From: a virus
Taxonomy: Duplodnaviria > Caudoviricetes
Virus record (IMG/VR): IMGVR_UViG_3300037478_000259
Coordinates: 1 to 56,306 of that record
Direction: 5' to 3' (one strand)
DNA length: 56,306 bases
Made by a program: the position numbers and the translations under genes. This document shows positions 8,200-17,618 of this stretch, piece by piece (position 1 is the first letter of the stretch; each line of letters begins with the position of its first letter). Below the pieces are notes generated by a model. The model was not told the DNA's origin and did no database searches. It was given only the letters and a program-made list of their open reading frames with translations.

Positions 8200-8859
8200 G
8201 TGAGGATCGTCATCGCCTGCGCCGGGTCGGGCGCCAAATGGGGCAACTACCTGGATGTGCCGCGGCATCTGGCCCCGGTCGACGGGGAACCGCTGCTGCA
8301 CCGCACCACCCGGCAAGCCCTGACCGTCTCGCACGACGTGCACATCGCATCGTTGGACGACGACCGGTACCTGCTGCCCGGCACCACCCGGCACGTGATC
8401 CGCGGCCAGCACGTCAACGAGTACGCGTCGACCCGGCATCTGTGGTCCACCTACGGGCGGACGCTGCTGCTGTACGGGGACGTGTACTACACCGATGCGG
8501 CGATCGGAACCATCAGCGGATACGACGGGCCGCTGTGGCGCATGTTCGGCCGGGCGGGCCCGTCGAGCATCACCGGCTCCCGGTGGGGTGAGATTTTCGC
8601 CGGATCCTGGCTGCCGAGGCACCACGGCATGCTCGACGACCACATGCACAAGGTCGCGTTGGCCTACGCGGCCGGGTATTCCCGCCGGTTCACCGCATGG
8701 GAGTTGCTGCGCAGCATCCAGCGGACGCCGCTGAATGAGCACATGATCAACCCGACCTGGTTCACCGACGTTGACGATGAGACCGACGACTTCGACACCC
8801 CGGACGACTACGACCGGCATCCGGCCACGGCCGGGCGGGTGGTGGTCAGCGGTGGCTGA
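8200..8859 (+). CDS. Nucleotidyltransferase-like protein (sugar/phospho-NTP transferase fold)
   Basis: IVIACAGSGAKWG..PRHLAPVDGEPLLHRT, LLYGDVY, DFDTPDDY. Confidence 0.8.
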   Translation: MRIVIACAGSGAKWGNYLDVPRHLAPVDGEPLLHRTTRQALTVSHDVHIASLDDDRYLLPGTTRHVIRGQHVNEYASTRHLWSTYGRTLLLYGDVYYTDAAIGTISGYDGPLWRMFGRAGPSSITGSRWGEIFAGSWLPRHHGMLDDHMHKVALAYAAGYSRRFTAWELLRSIQRTPLNEHMINPTWFTDVDDETDDFDTPDDYDRHPATAGRVVVSGG

Positions 8860-9196
8860 TGGGGTGCGGATCCAGCCGCAGCCGGCCAGGCTGGCCGCTG
8901 AGGGCATCGGATCGGTGGCCCACCGGTTGTTCATCGTCCGCGACCAGTCGCGGCCGCTGCCGCCGAACCCGCACCGGCCGGTATGCCGGCTGTGTGGCCA
9001 CCCGCACCAGTGCAAGACGTACCACCTCCAACTCGACGCCGACGGCACCATCATCGTGTCGACCACCATCTGGGCGCACATGCAGCGCATGTTCGATCAC
9101 GGCGGGTTCGAGGCGGTCAACATCGTGACCAAACCGCCGACGCAAGGGCTGGTCCTGCCGCCGGCAGCGGCCCGTGCCATCCCGGCGAAAATGTGA
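8852..9196 (+). CDS. Hypothetical protein (CxxC...HxCKTYH)
   Basis: Overlaps the upstream stop in the co-directional operon. Confidence 0.6.
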   Translation: MADGVRIQPQPARLAAEGIGSVAHRLFIVRDQSRPLPPNPHRPVCRLCGHPHQCKTYHLQLDADGTIIVSTTIWAHMQRMFDHGGFEAVNIVTKPPTQGLVLPPAAARAIPAKM

Positions 9197-9235
9197 GGAG
9201 GGCGCGCAGCAGCGCGCCCGTATCAGGAGGTCGTC

Positions 9236-9658
9236 TTGAGCACCATCGTTCACACCAATTGGCTTCAGCTGATGCTCGGCGCCGGGAACCACGCGTTGCC
9301 CGACTTCGACACCGATGACATCGAGGCCGCGCTGATCGATTCGGCCATTGTCACAATCCTCTCTTCACACGAGGACTATGCGGATGTCTCGGCCGGCTTG
9401 ATCGTTGCTGGCGCACAAGCGGACGTCCCTGGAGGCACCGCTTCCGGTGGGGTGGTGACCCTTTCGGGTGCGCTCACATTCTCGGCGATAACTGGGGACC
9501 CGGCGGACTACCTAACGGTGTTCAAGAACACCGGCACGGGAAGTACGTCCCCGCTGATGATCACCTGGGACTCCGCATCAACTGGCCTGCCAGTCACCCC
9601 CAACGGGGGGGACATAACGGTCACCTGGGGATCGAACATCCTCGTCACCCTCGCCTGA
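9236..9658 (+). CDS. Putative virion structural protein
   Basis: AGGAGG RBS; LPVTPNGGDITVTW C-terminal motif; head-region location. Confidence 0.6.
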   Translation: MSTIVHTNWLQLMLGAGNHALPDFDTDDIEAALIDSAIVTILSSHEDYADVSAGLIVAGAQADVPGGTASGGVVTLSGALTFSAITGDPADYLTVFKNTGTGSTSPLMITWDSASTGLPVTPNGGDITVTWGSNILVTLA

Positions 9659-9690
9659 GGGATGCACGTCCGTTTGATGGAGGGAATGAC

Positions 9691-9987
9691 ATGGCTGCCG
9701 GTTTCGCTGCACTGCTCACCAAGGACCAGATCAACCAGACGATCGGCCGGCTCGCGGTAACGCTGCGCGAGACGTTCGCCGACATCGCCCAGTTCAGCGC
9801 CTGGCACGCTGGTGTGGGCGGTGCTGGGCTGGAGGCCACGTACGGCTTCACCGCGGGCGACGCTGCCATCATCGGCTCGGCCATCACCGACTTCAAGCAG
9901 TTGGAGCAGATCTACCTGGGCCTTGCGGCGCTCGCGTCGGCGAAGGACTTCCGGGCGTTCTCCGATGACGTCGAGGGTCTCCGGTAG
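9691..9987 (+). CDS. Hypothetical protein
   Basis: GGAGGG RBS, intact ORF in the structural operon. Confidence 0.6.
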   Translation: MAAGFAALLTKDQINQTIGRLAVTLRETFADIAQFSAWHAGVGGAGLEATYGFTAGDAAIIGSAITDFKQLEQIYLGLAALASAKDFRAFSDDVEGLR

Positions 9988-9997
9988 GGCCTGACCC

Positions 9998-12160
9998 GTG
10001 TCGACCGTCGTCCGCCGGCTCGGCAACGCCGACGACATCACGTTTTCCACCGGGCTCGGTGGTGTCGACGCGACGACGTACGGCACGATTGCGGTCCTGT
10101 TCCGGCCGTCCGCAGACACGGTGTTCCGATGGATTGTGAAGCTGTACGACGCGACCGGTGGGGACCTGGGTGGCGTCGGGCTATTGAGCGACGGGACCAT
10201 CTTTTGGAAGGGCGCGAGCACCTGGGCCACCGAGGGGCCGGCTGTCACCTTCGACGACTGGCACTTGCTGGTCGCGCGTAAGGCAACCGGGGATGTACGC
10301 CCTCGGTTCAGTCTGAAAAACATCGCAACAGGCATATGGGTCCATGACGACGCCGTCGACACCCAGTTGGACTGGGTTGCGCCCACGGGTGGCAGCGTCC
10401 GAACCAAGGATGCGACCTCCGGTGAGGGCCCGGGTGCCGACTACGCCGCGGCGGCGATCTGGGCGGACGAGCTGCCTTGGGCGGCTGACACGTTCGGCGA
10501 CGCGGCGATCGAGGCGGCGGCTCTCGACGAGCACTTGGACAACTGGCGGGCCGTAGACCCGGCGTCCGGGTGGGAGTTCTCGCAGTCGGATGCGAACTAC
10601 ATGGTCGAGGACTTCACCCTCAACCGGGCCGATGAGACCAGCTTCGGTGTGGGCACCCCGACCACCGTCACCGACCTTGACTTCGTCTATGCCACCGCCG
10701 GCATCCTCGCCCTGTCGCGGAACTTCCTGCGTGACACCCAGGATGAGCCCGGTGCCAGCGGGATCATCCATGACCTGTCAGAAACCCAAGGCACCCCGAC
10801 CACAATCGGGTCGGGCAGCATCAGCTCCGGATCCTTCATCAAGGTGCTGGAGTTCTGGCGGGTCGTCGACGCGACAGTGGACGCCAGCGTGGCAATCGAC
10901 ACGTCCATTTCCATGGCGGCAGTGTCCGCGGCCACGTTGCGGTACCAGTGGATAGTTCATCGGTACAACAGCTCCGACGTCCTTCAGGAAAGCTCCACGG
11001 CCTCATCCGAGCACAACACCACCGGTGTGAAAACGCAGACCATGGTGCTCGCTGGCCCGTTCGCCGCCGGTGACAAGCTCTCGGTGTCGCTCTGGCTGAA
11101 GAAGGCGGGCGGCGGCGGCTCCCGCAGCTTCACGTTGAACATAAACAATGCTGACTCGTGGGTGGAGTTCTCGGTCGCGGAGACCCCGCCGCTGGAGATA
11201 ACCCCGGCCGCGGTAACGATCGACGCCACACCCGGCACGCTGACCATCACCAGCACGGTCGGCCTCACCCCCGCACCGGTGACCGTCACGGCCACACCAG
11301 GCACGGCGACGATCACAACCACGGCAACGATCACCCCGGCCCCGGTCACAGTGACAGCCACACCGGGTACGGTCGAGGTGGCCACCGAAGGCGGCAGCCA
11401 ACCGGTCACACCAGCCCCGGTCACGGTGACCTGCACCGCGGGCACCCTGACCGTCACAATCGGCGCGGTCAACCTCGTGCCCGACCCGGCGACCATCACC
11501 GCCACACCGGGCACGCTGACCCTGACCGCCACGGTCGACGTCATACCAGATCCGGTCACGGTATCCGCCACCCCGGGCACCTTGGTCCTAACTGCCACAG
11601 CGGATATCGTCCCGGCTGTCGTAGTGGTCGACGCGAGCCCTGGCACCCTGACCGTCACCACCAGCGCGCCAGGCCAGGACATCACCCCGGATCCGGTCAC
11701 GGTGGCCGTCACCGGCGGGATTCTGGCCGTTGGCCAAGGCCTCACCGTTTTCCCGGCAACGATCACCGTCGCAGCCACTCCGGGCGTCTTGACGATGACC
11801 ACCGGCCCCGTAGATATCACCCCGGCCGTGGTGAGCCTCACCGCAACTCCAGGGACGCTGGCCATCGGCCTCGGACTGGACTTGGTCGACGCCAATGTCG
11901 ACGTTGACCCCGGCACACTGACGATCACTGCCGGTTCCGTGGACATCACACCGGCCGCAGTTAGCATCACCGTCACCCCAGGGCTGGTAGTCCTCGCGAT
12001 TCTCGCGCTCGAATTGGACCTGGGCGGCGCGAGCATTGCCGTCACCGCTGGTGCCTTGACCGTTGCCACCGACGAGATCATTCCGGGCACCCTGGTTGCT
12101 ACGGCACCACGCAGCGGCTTGGTTGCTACTGCGCCAACCGCCACCATGGGAGGGAGGTGA
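9998..12160 (+). CDS. Putative head fibre/adhesin: beta-sandwich N-terminal domains + ~13 Thr/Pro-rich repeats
   Basis: Repeats of form ITPAPVTVTATPGTLT from 11198 onward; WHLLVARK segment reminiscent of LamG/ConA lectins. Confidence 0.6.
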   Translation: MSTVVRRLGNADDITFSTGLGGVDATTYGTIAVLFRPSADTVFRWIVKLYDATGGDLGGVGLLSDGTIFWKGASTWATEGPAVTFDDWHLLVARKATGDVRPRFSLKNIATGIWVHDDAVDTQLDWVAPTGGSVRTKDATSGEGPGADYAAAAIWADELPWAADTFGDAAIEAAALDEHLDNWRAVDPASGWEFSQSDANYMVEDFTLNRADETSFGVGTPTTVTDLDFVYATAGILALSRNFLRDTQDEPGASGIIHDLSETQGTPTTIGSGSISSGSFIKVLEFWRVVDATVDASVAIDTSISMAAVSAATLRYQWIVHRYNSSDVLQESSTASSEHNTTGVKTQTMVLAGPFAAGDKLSVSLWLKKAGGGGSRSFTLNINNADSWVEFSVAETPPLEITPAAVTIDATPGTLTITSTVGLTPAPVTVTATPGTATITTTATITPAPVTVTATPGTVEVATEGGSQPVTPAPVTVTCTAGTLTVTIGAVNLVPDPATITATPGTLTLTATVDVIPDPVTVSATPGTLVLTATADIVPAVVVVDASPGTLTVTTSAPGQDITPDPVTVAVTGGILAVGQGLTVFPATITVAATPGVLTMTTGPVDITPAVVSLTATPGTLAIGLGLDLVDANVDVDPGTLTITAGSVDITPAAVSITVTPGLVVLAILALELDLGGASIAVTAGALTVATDEIIPGTLVATAPRSGLVATAPTATMGGR

Positions 12161-12164
12161 CCCG

Positions 12165-13019
12165 ATGCCGGACGTCGGCGACACCGCAACCGCCACCCTG
12201 ACCGTCACCCCGTTCGACGAGACCACCGACGCTGCACTACACGTCACCGCCCCCGATGCCACCACCAGCGACCCAACCCCGGCCACAGCCGACAGCGGCG
12301 CCACGTGGACGGCTGCGGTCACCTACGACCAGGCCGGCTGGTGGCTACTCACCTGGACGGTCACCGGCACCGGCGCCGGCGTCGAACACCAGAAAGTCCT
12401 GGTCACCGCCACCCCAGGCACACCCCCGTACCTGCCGGTGTACACCACCCTGGAGTTGGTCAAAGAGTCACTCAACGAACCAACCGGCCGGGATGCGCTG
12501 CTCCAGGAGAAGATCGTGTCCGCGTCCCGCTCGATCGACATCCACACCGGCCGCCGGTTCTACCTGGACGCCACGACCACCGCCAGGATCCTCAACCCGC
12601 GGCGCAGGGTCGTCGCCGACCGGGAAGGTCAACGGCTGCTCGTCGACGACATCGGCACCACCGTCGGGCTGATCGTCGAGGTGGGGTCGACCGCCAACGG
12701 GTGGACCGCGGTGACCACCTCGGTCGAGGCCGAACCCACCGACGCGCTGGTCAAGTTGGAGCCGGTCACGTCGCTGCTGCACCTGTCCGGGTCGTTCCTG
12801 TCCGGGCCGCGGGTGCGGGTCACCGCCAAGTGGGGCTGGCCGGCCATCCCGCAGGTGATCCGCGAGGCAACGCTGATCCAGGCTTTGCGGCTGTACAAGC
12901 GGAAGGACAGCCCCGAGGGTGTGTTGGGGTCGGCCGAGTGGGGCACGGTGCGCGTGTCCCGGCTCGACCCGGACGTGGCCAAGCTCGTCGAGTCGCTTGT
13001 GCTCCCAGGGTTCGGCTGA
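12165..13019 (+). CDS. Head-tail connector (gp6-like) with N-terminal extension
   Basis: ASRSID..TGRRF, VTAKWGWPAIP, LYKRKDSPEGVLG, DPDVAKLV. Confidence 0.8.
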   Translation: MPDVGDTATATLTVTPFDETTDAALHVTAPDATTSDPTPATADSGATWTAAVTYDQAGWWLLTWTVTGTGAGVEHQKVLVTATPGTPPYLPVYTTLELVKESLNEPTGRDALLQEKIVSASRSIDIHTGRRFYLDATTTARILNPRRRVVADREGQRLLVDDIGTTVGLIVEVGSTANGWTAVTTSVEAEPTDALVKLEPVTSLLHLSGSFLSGPRVRVTAKWGWPAIPQVIREATLIQALRLYKRKDSPEGVLGSAEWGTVRVSRLDPDVAKLVESLVLPGFG

Positions 13020-13444
13020 TGGATCTCAACGGGATCTGCGCAGCCATCGCCGCCGCCGCCGGCAACGCCGAGTCGACGCCGGCGTTGACCGCCACCGGGC
13101 ACGTTCCGGATGCGATCACCGAACCCCACTTCTTCGTTGCCGAGCCGGCCGTCGACTACGACAAGACGTTCGGGAAGACGGCCGAGATCGAGTTGACCTG
13201 CCGGCTGCTGGTCAGCCGCGCCGATGACCAGACGTCGCAGCGGCTGCTGCGGGCGTACTGCTCGACCGGCAACGACGAGTCGGTCAAGGATGCGATTGAG
13301 GCGGCGCGCGGCGGTCCCGGCCAGGCGGCGCTTGGTGGGCTCGCAGACGACCTGTGGGTGCGCCGGGTTGAGAAACCCCGCTGGTACGAGCATGCCGGCA
13401 CCCAGTACATCGGGGTGGACATCCAGATCAAGGTGGTGGAGTGA
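13019..13444 (+). CDS. Tail terminator/completion-like protein
   Basis: Size, position, SVKDAIEA...LGGLADDLWV motif. Confidence 0.6.
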   Translation: MDLNGICAAIAAAAGNAESTPALTATGHVPDAITEPHFFVAEPAVDYDKTFGKTAEIELTCRLLVSRADDQTSQRLLRAYCSTGNDESVKDAIEAARGGPGQAALGGLADDLWVRRVEKPRWYEHAGTQYIGVDIQIKVVE

Positions 13445-14202
13445 TGGGCAAGCTCGTCCTGCTCGATGCGCGGCTGTTCGTCGGCGCCGCTGACTTGTCC
13501 GGCCACGGCAGCAAGATCGAGATCGAGTCAGAGATTGAGGCCAAGGAGATCACCAACTGGCGTTCCGGCGGTGCCAAAGAGGTTCTCGGCGGGCTGGAAA
13601 CGGTCAGCATCGACGCCGAGGGCCAGTGGGAGGCCGGCGACCCGGGCAAGATCGACGACCAGGCGTGGGCCGACCGGCGGGTCCTCGAAGCGTGGACCGC
13701 GGGTGCCGAGTCGGCGTCGGACACCGGCGTCGGCTCGGTCGCCTACCTCACCAAGGCACTACGTTCGTCGATCAAACTGTTCGCCGCAGTCGGTGACGTC
13801 GCACCCTGGTCGGCTAAGGCCACCGGCACGTGGCCACTGGTCCGCGGCGAGTTCGCCCACCCGTCCGGCGTGGCCCGCACCACCGACGGCAATGGTACGG
13901 CGGTCGAGCTCGGCGCGGTGGCGGCCGGACAGAGGTTGTACGGCAGCCTGCACGTCCTGTCCGTGGCCGGCACCCTGATCCCGGAGATCGACGTCATCGT
14001 CCAGTCGGATTCGGCGGAAGCGTTCAACGTCACCCCGGAAACCCGGCTGAGCTTCGCCACGGCCACCGCACCCGGTGGGCAGGTCCTGCGTACCGACGGC
14101 ACTGCCCACGCGGACACCTGGTACCGGGTGGTGTGGGACATCACCGACAACGGCGGCACCGGCGAGTCGTTCCTGTTCGTCGCTGCAATCGGCATCGAGT
14201 AG
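13444..14202 (+). CDS. Tail tube-like protein 1 with C-terminal extra domain
   Basis: N-terminal ~130 aa align with the next gene (VLLDA, SGGAKEVLGG, VGDV). Confidence 0.6.
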   Translation: MGKLVLLDARLFVGAADLSGHGSKIEIESEIEAKEITNWRSGGAKEVLGGLETVSIDAEGQWEAGDPGKIDDQAWADRRVLEAWTAGAESASDTGVGSVAYLTKALRSSIKLFAAVGDVAPWSAKATGTWPLVRGEFAHPSGVARTTDGNGTAVELGAVAAGQRLYGSLHVLSVAGTLIPEIDVIVQSDSAEAFNVTPETRLSFATATAPGGQVLRTDGTAHADTWYRVVWDITDNGGTGESFLFVAAIGIE

Positions 14203-14214
14203 AGGAGTAGATCA

Positions 14215-14631
14215 ATGGCCAAGAAGGTGCTGCTCGACGCCGTGTTGAGCATCAACAGCAACGACCTCACGCAGTGGTGCGCGAAGGTTGAACTGGAGGA
14301 CGACTTCGAGGAGAAAGACGTCTCCACCTACGCGTCCGGCGGAGCCAAGGAAGTCCTTGGCGGGCAGGAATCCGGAACCCTCGGCGTGAGCTTCAAGAAC
14401 TCCCACACCGCCGGCGAGCTCGACGAGATCATGTGGGCGTTGCGGCGCACTGTGGTCGCGTTCACCGTCCGCGCCGACGATGCGGTCGTGTCTACTTCCA
14501 ACCCGCAGTATTCCGGGTCGATTCTGATCAACAAGTGGGCGCCGATCATGGGGTCGGTCGGTGACGTCAACGAGGCCGACTACTCGTTCCCGCTCTCGGG
14601 TGTGCTGGTCAGGGCAACGAGCACCGCCTGA
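14215..14631 (+). CDS. Major tail tube protein
   Basis: GAGGAG RBS; NPQYSGSIL, GSVGDV; upstream of chaperone and tape measure. Confidence 0.75.
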   Translation: MAKKVLLDAVLSINSNDLTQWCAKVELEDDFEEKDVSTYASGGAKEVLGGQESGTLGVSFKNSHTAGELDEIMWALRRTVVAFTVRADDAVVSTSNPQYSGSILINKWAPIMGSVGDVNEADYSFPLSGVLVRATSTA

Positions 14632-15128
14632 TGCCGATCGAGCTGTCGGCCGACCAGGAGTCGCTACGCAACGTCGGCCGAGCCCTGAAGCAGGAGGCCG
14701 ACGGCAAGAAGCTCAAGAAGGAGTTGGCGACCAACCTCAAACAGGTGCTGGAGCCGGTCGCCGAGCAGGCCCGGTCGAACCTGATGAGCATCGGCACCGC
14801 TGGCCTGGCCCACGGCGGATCGCCGCTTCGGACCACCGTCGCATCGCAGATGAAACCAGCCGTTCGGTTCTCCGGCCGGCAGACCGGTGTGGCGCTGCGG
14901 GTGCGGCGCAAGAACATGCCGCGCGGGTTCACCAACGCGCCGAAGGCGCTGAACACGCCGAAGGGTTGGCGTCATCCCGTGTTCAACTCCGACCGGTGGG
15001 TGCAGCAGGTGGCCGTGCCATCGGAGTGGTTCGACCGCGCCGCCCGCGCCGGGCATCAGCCTGCCAAACAGGCTGTGCACGCCGCTGTCGAGTCGATGGC
15101 GCAACGCATCGCCGACCGAGCCCAGTAG
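14631..15128 (+). CDS. Neck/tail protein (HK97 gp10-like)
   Basis: Basic protein, WRHPVF motif, position. Confidence 0.55.
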   Translation: MPIELSADQESLRNVGRALKQEADGKKLKKELATNLKQVLEPVAEQARSNLMSIGTAGLAHGGSPLRTTVASQMKPAVRFSGRQTGVALRVRRKNMPRGFTNAPKALNTPKGWRHPVFNSDRWVQQVAVPSEWFDRAARAGHQPAKQAVHAAVESMAQRIADRAQ

Positions 15129-15137
15129 GGAGTCGTC

Positions 15138-15548
15138 GTGTACCTGGTATACCAACCCGAAGGCTCGGATGAGCCGCAGCGGTGGGCGTACAACCCGCGT
15201 AAGTTGCGGGCCACCGAACGGGAGATGTTGGAGAAGCGCACCGATCTCAACTTCGCCGAGTTCACCGCGAAGGTGTTGCAGGGCTCGTCGCTGTGTCGGC
15301 GTGCCCTGCTGTTCCTGTTCCTGCGCCGTGAGCATCCGCGCACGCGGTGGGAGGATGTCGACTTCGCGTGGGATGAGCTGCGGTTGGAGTATTCCCGGCA
15401 GGAGTACCAGCGGCTGCGGGAAGGCATCGACGAGAACATGTCGGGGGCCGAACGCGACGCGGCTCTCCTCAAGATCGACGCTGAGATCGTGGCCGCCTAC
15501 GACGATGCGGACGCCGAGGGAAAAGCGCAGCTGCCGATCGCAGAATGA
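15138..15548 (+). CDS. Tail assembly chaperone (short form); -1 frameshift form extends to 15679
   Basis: Directly upstream of the tape measure gene; slippery site near its 3' end. Confidence 0.85.
   Translation: MYLVYQPEGSDEPQRWAYNPRKLRATEREMLEKRTDLNFAEFTAKVLQGSSLCRRALLFLFLRREHPRTRWEDVDFAWDELRLEYSRQEYQRLREGIDENMSGAERDAALLKIDAEIVAAYDDADAEGKAQLPIAE
15518..15524 (+). other. Programmed -1 ribosomal frameshift site G GGA AAA
   Basis: X XXY YYZ in the correct phase; -1 frame open to TGA 15677-15679 (..HLLGIRPWEWELLTVDE..). Confidence 0.85.
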
Positions 15549-15686
15549 GATCGCTCGGCAACGCGGCACATCTGCTCGGGATACGACCATGGGAGTGGGA
15601 ACTACTCACCGTCGACGAAGCCGACCAGCTGCTGGACTGGCTCGATCGGTATGAGGCCGAGATGAAGAGGGTGGGGTGAGCATCCC

Positions 15687-17618
15687 ATGGCGTCGGATGT
15701 GAGCCTCATTTTTAACCTGTTGGCTCGGGATAAGGCTTCCGGGACGATCGGCAAGGTTGAGAAGAACGTCGGCCGGATGGGCGTGGCTATCGTCGGCATG
15801 GGTGTGGCCGCCGGCGCCGGGCTGGTCGCCGTCGGCGACACGATGGATGAGGTGTTCGACACCATCCGCGTGGGTACCGGTGCCACTGGCCCGGCCCTGG
15901 ACGGACTGAAAACGTCGTTCAAAAACGTGGCTGGCACGGTGTCCGCGGACCTGACCGAAACCGGGTCGGTGCTCGCCGACTTCAACACGATGACCGGTGC
16001 GACCGGTGAGCATCTCGAGGGCCTGACCAAGACGTTCCTTGACCTGGAGAAGATCACCGGCGAGGACCTGCAGGTAGAAAACGTCACCCGGCTGTTCGGC
16101 GACTGGGGCGTTGCCGCCAAAGACCAGGTGTCCACCATGGATGAGCTGTTCAGGGTCAGCCAGACCACAGGGATCGGCATCGGCGACCTGACCAGCAAGG
16201 TTGTGCAGTTCGGTGCGCCGCTGCGGAACATGGGGTTCACCCTCGACGAGTCGGTTGCGTTGTTCGGGAAGTGGCAGAAAGAAGGCGTCAACACCGAGAC
16301 GGTGATGGCCGGGCTGCGTAAAGCATCCGGGACGTGGGCCAAGGAAGGTCTCGACCTGCCGGACATGCTGGGTGAGACGATCGCGGCGATTCAGGGTGCC
16401 GGGTCGGAGGCCGAGGCGCAGGCGATTGCCATGGAAAACTTCGGTGCGAAGGCCGGTCCGGACATGGCCGCGGCGATCCTGGAGGGCCGGTTCGAGATCG
16501 ACGACCTGATGGCCACCTTGGATTCCAACGAGGACACGATCACTGGCCTGGCTGACGAGACCGACTCCTGGAAGGAGAACCTGGCCAAGCTGAAGAACGA
16601 GGGTCTGGTTGCCCTGGAGCCGATCGCATCGACCGTGTTCGGGCTGCTCGGTGAGGGTGTGCCGATCCTGCGCAATGTTGGCACGTGGACGCAGAACAAC
16701 GCCGGGTTGGTCAAGAACCTGGCGATCGCGCTGGGTGGTATCGCCGCGGTGATTCTGGCCGTGAACGTCGGGTTGAAGGTGTACCACGGGATTCAGATGG
16801 TCATCCGCGCGGCGACGATCGTGTGGACCGCGATCAACTGGCTACTGGCGGCATCGGTGTGGGCGTCGCTGGGTCCGATCCTGCTGATAGCCGTGGCAAT
16901 CGCCGCGGTGATCGCCATCATCGTGCTTATCGCCACCAAGACCGACTGGTTCCAACGGTTGTGGGGCTGGGCGTGGGGTGGTATCAAGGCGGCGGCGCTG
17001 TTCGTGTGGAACTGGATCAAGAACACGCTTTGGCCAGGAATCAAGTCGGTGTGGAACGGGATCGTGGCCGGCGCGAAAATGGTCTGGCGCGGCATCCAGG
17101 TCTACTTCGGCTTCTGGAGGGGACTGTTCACCAGGGTCGTCGGCTGGGCGATCGGCGCGAAGGACCGGATCGTGAACGGGTTCAACAAGGTAGTCGGCTT
17201 CGTGAAGGGCCTGCCGGGGCGGATCAGCTCGGCGGCCCGCGGCTTGTTCGACGGGATCAAGAACGCTTTCCGTAGCGCCGTGAACTGGCTGATCTCCAAG
17301 TGGAACAACCTGTCGTTCACCCTGGGCGGCGGGTCGGTGATGGGGATCAACATCCCGTCGATCACCCTGTCCACACCGAACATCCCGTACCTCGCCGCGG
17401 GTGGCATCGTGACCCGGCCGACCCTGGCGGTGGTGGGTGAGCGCGGGCCGGAGGCGGTGGTGCCGCTCTCCCGCGGTGGTGGCGCGGCTGGGGTTGGTGG
17501 CCCGTCGGTGATCCACGTGCATGTCGATGGGTCGCGCGCGGCAAGGCTACTGGCTGAGTTGCTGCGGGAGGCGTTGCGGACGAACCCGGCGCTGCGGGCG
17601 GAGGTGCGGGCGGCGTGA
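15687..17618 (+). CDS. Tape measure protein
   Basis: Ala/Gly-rich helical protein, hydrophobic stretch, Trp-periodic repeats, LAAGGIVTRPTLAVVGERGPEAVVPL. Confidence 0.93.
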   Translation: MASDVSLIFNLLARDKASGTIGKVEKNVGRMGVAIVGMGVAAGAGLVAVGDTMDEVFDTIRVGTGATGPALDGLKTSFKNVAGTVSADLTETGSVLADFNTMTGATGEHLEGLTKTFLDLEKITGEDLQVENVTRLFGDWGVAAKDQVSTMDELFRVSQTTGIGIGDLTSKVVQFGAPLRNMGFTLDESVALFGKWQKEGVNTETVMAGLRKASGTWAKEGLDLPDMLGETIAAIQGAGSEAEAQAIAMENFGAKAGPDMAAAILEGRFEIDDLMATLDSNEDTITGLADETDSWKENLAKLKNEGLVALEPIASTVFGLLGEGVPILRNVGTWTQNNAGLVKNLAIALGGIAAVILAVNVGLKVYHGIQMVIRAATIVWTAINWLLAASVWASLGPILLIAVAIAAVIAIIVLIATKTDWFQRLWGWAWGGIKAAALFVWNWIKNTLWPGIKSVWNGIVAGAKMVWRGIQVYFGFWRGLFTRVVGWAIGAKDRIVNGFNKVVGFVKGLPGRISSAARGLFDGIKNAFRSAVNWLISKWNNLSFTLGGGSVMGINIPSITLSTPNIPYLAAGGIVTRPTLAVVGERGPEAVVPLSRGGGAAGVGGPSVIHVHVDGSRAARLLAELLREALRTNPALRAEVRAA

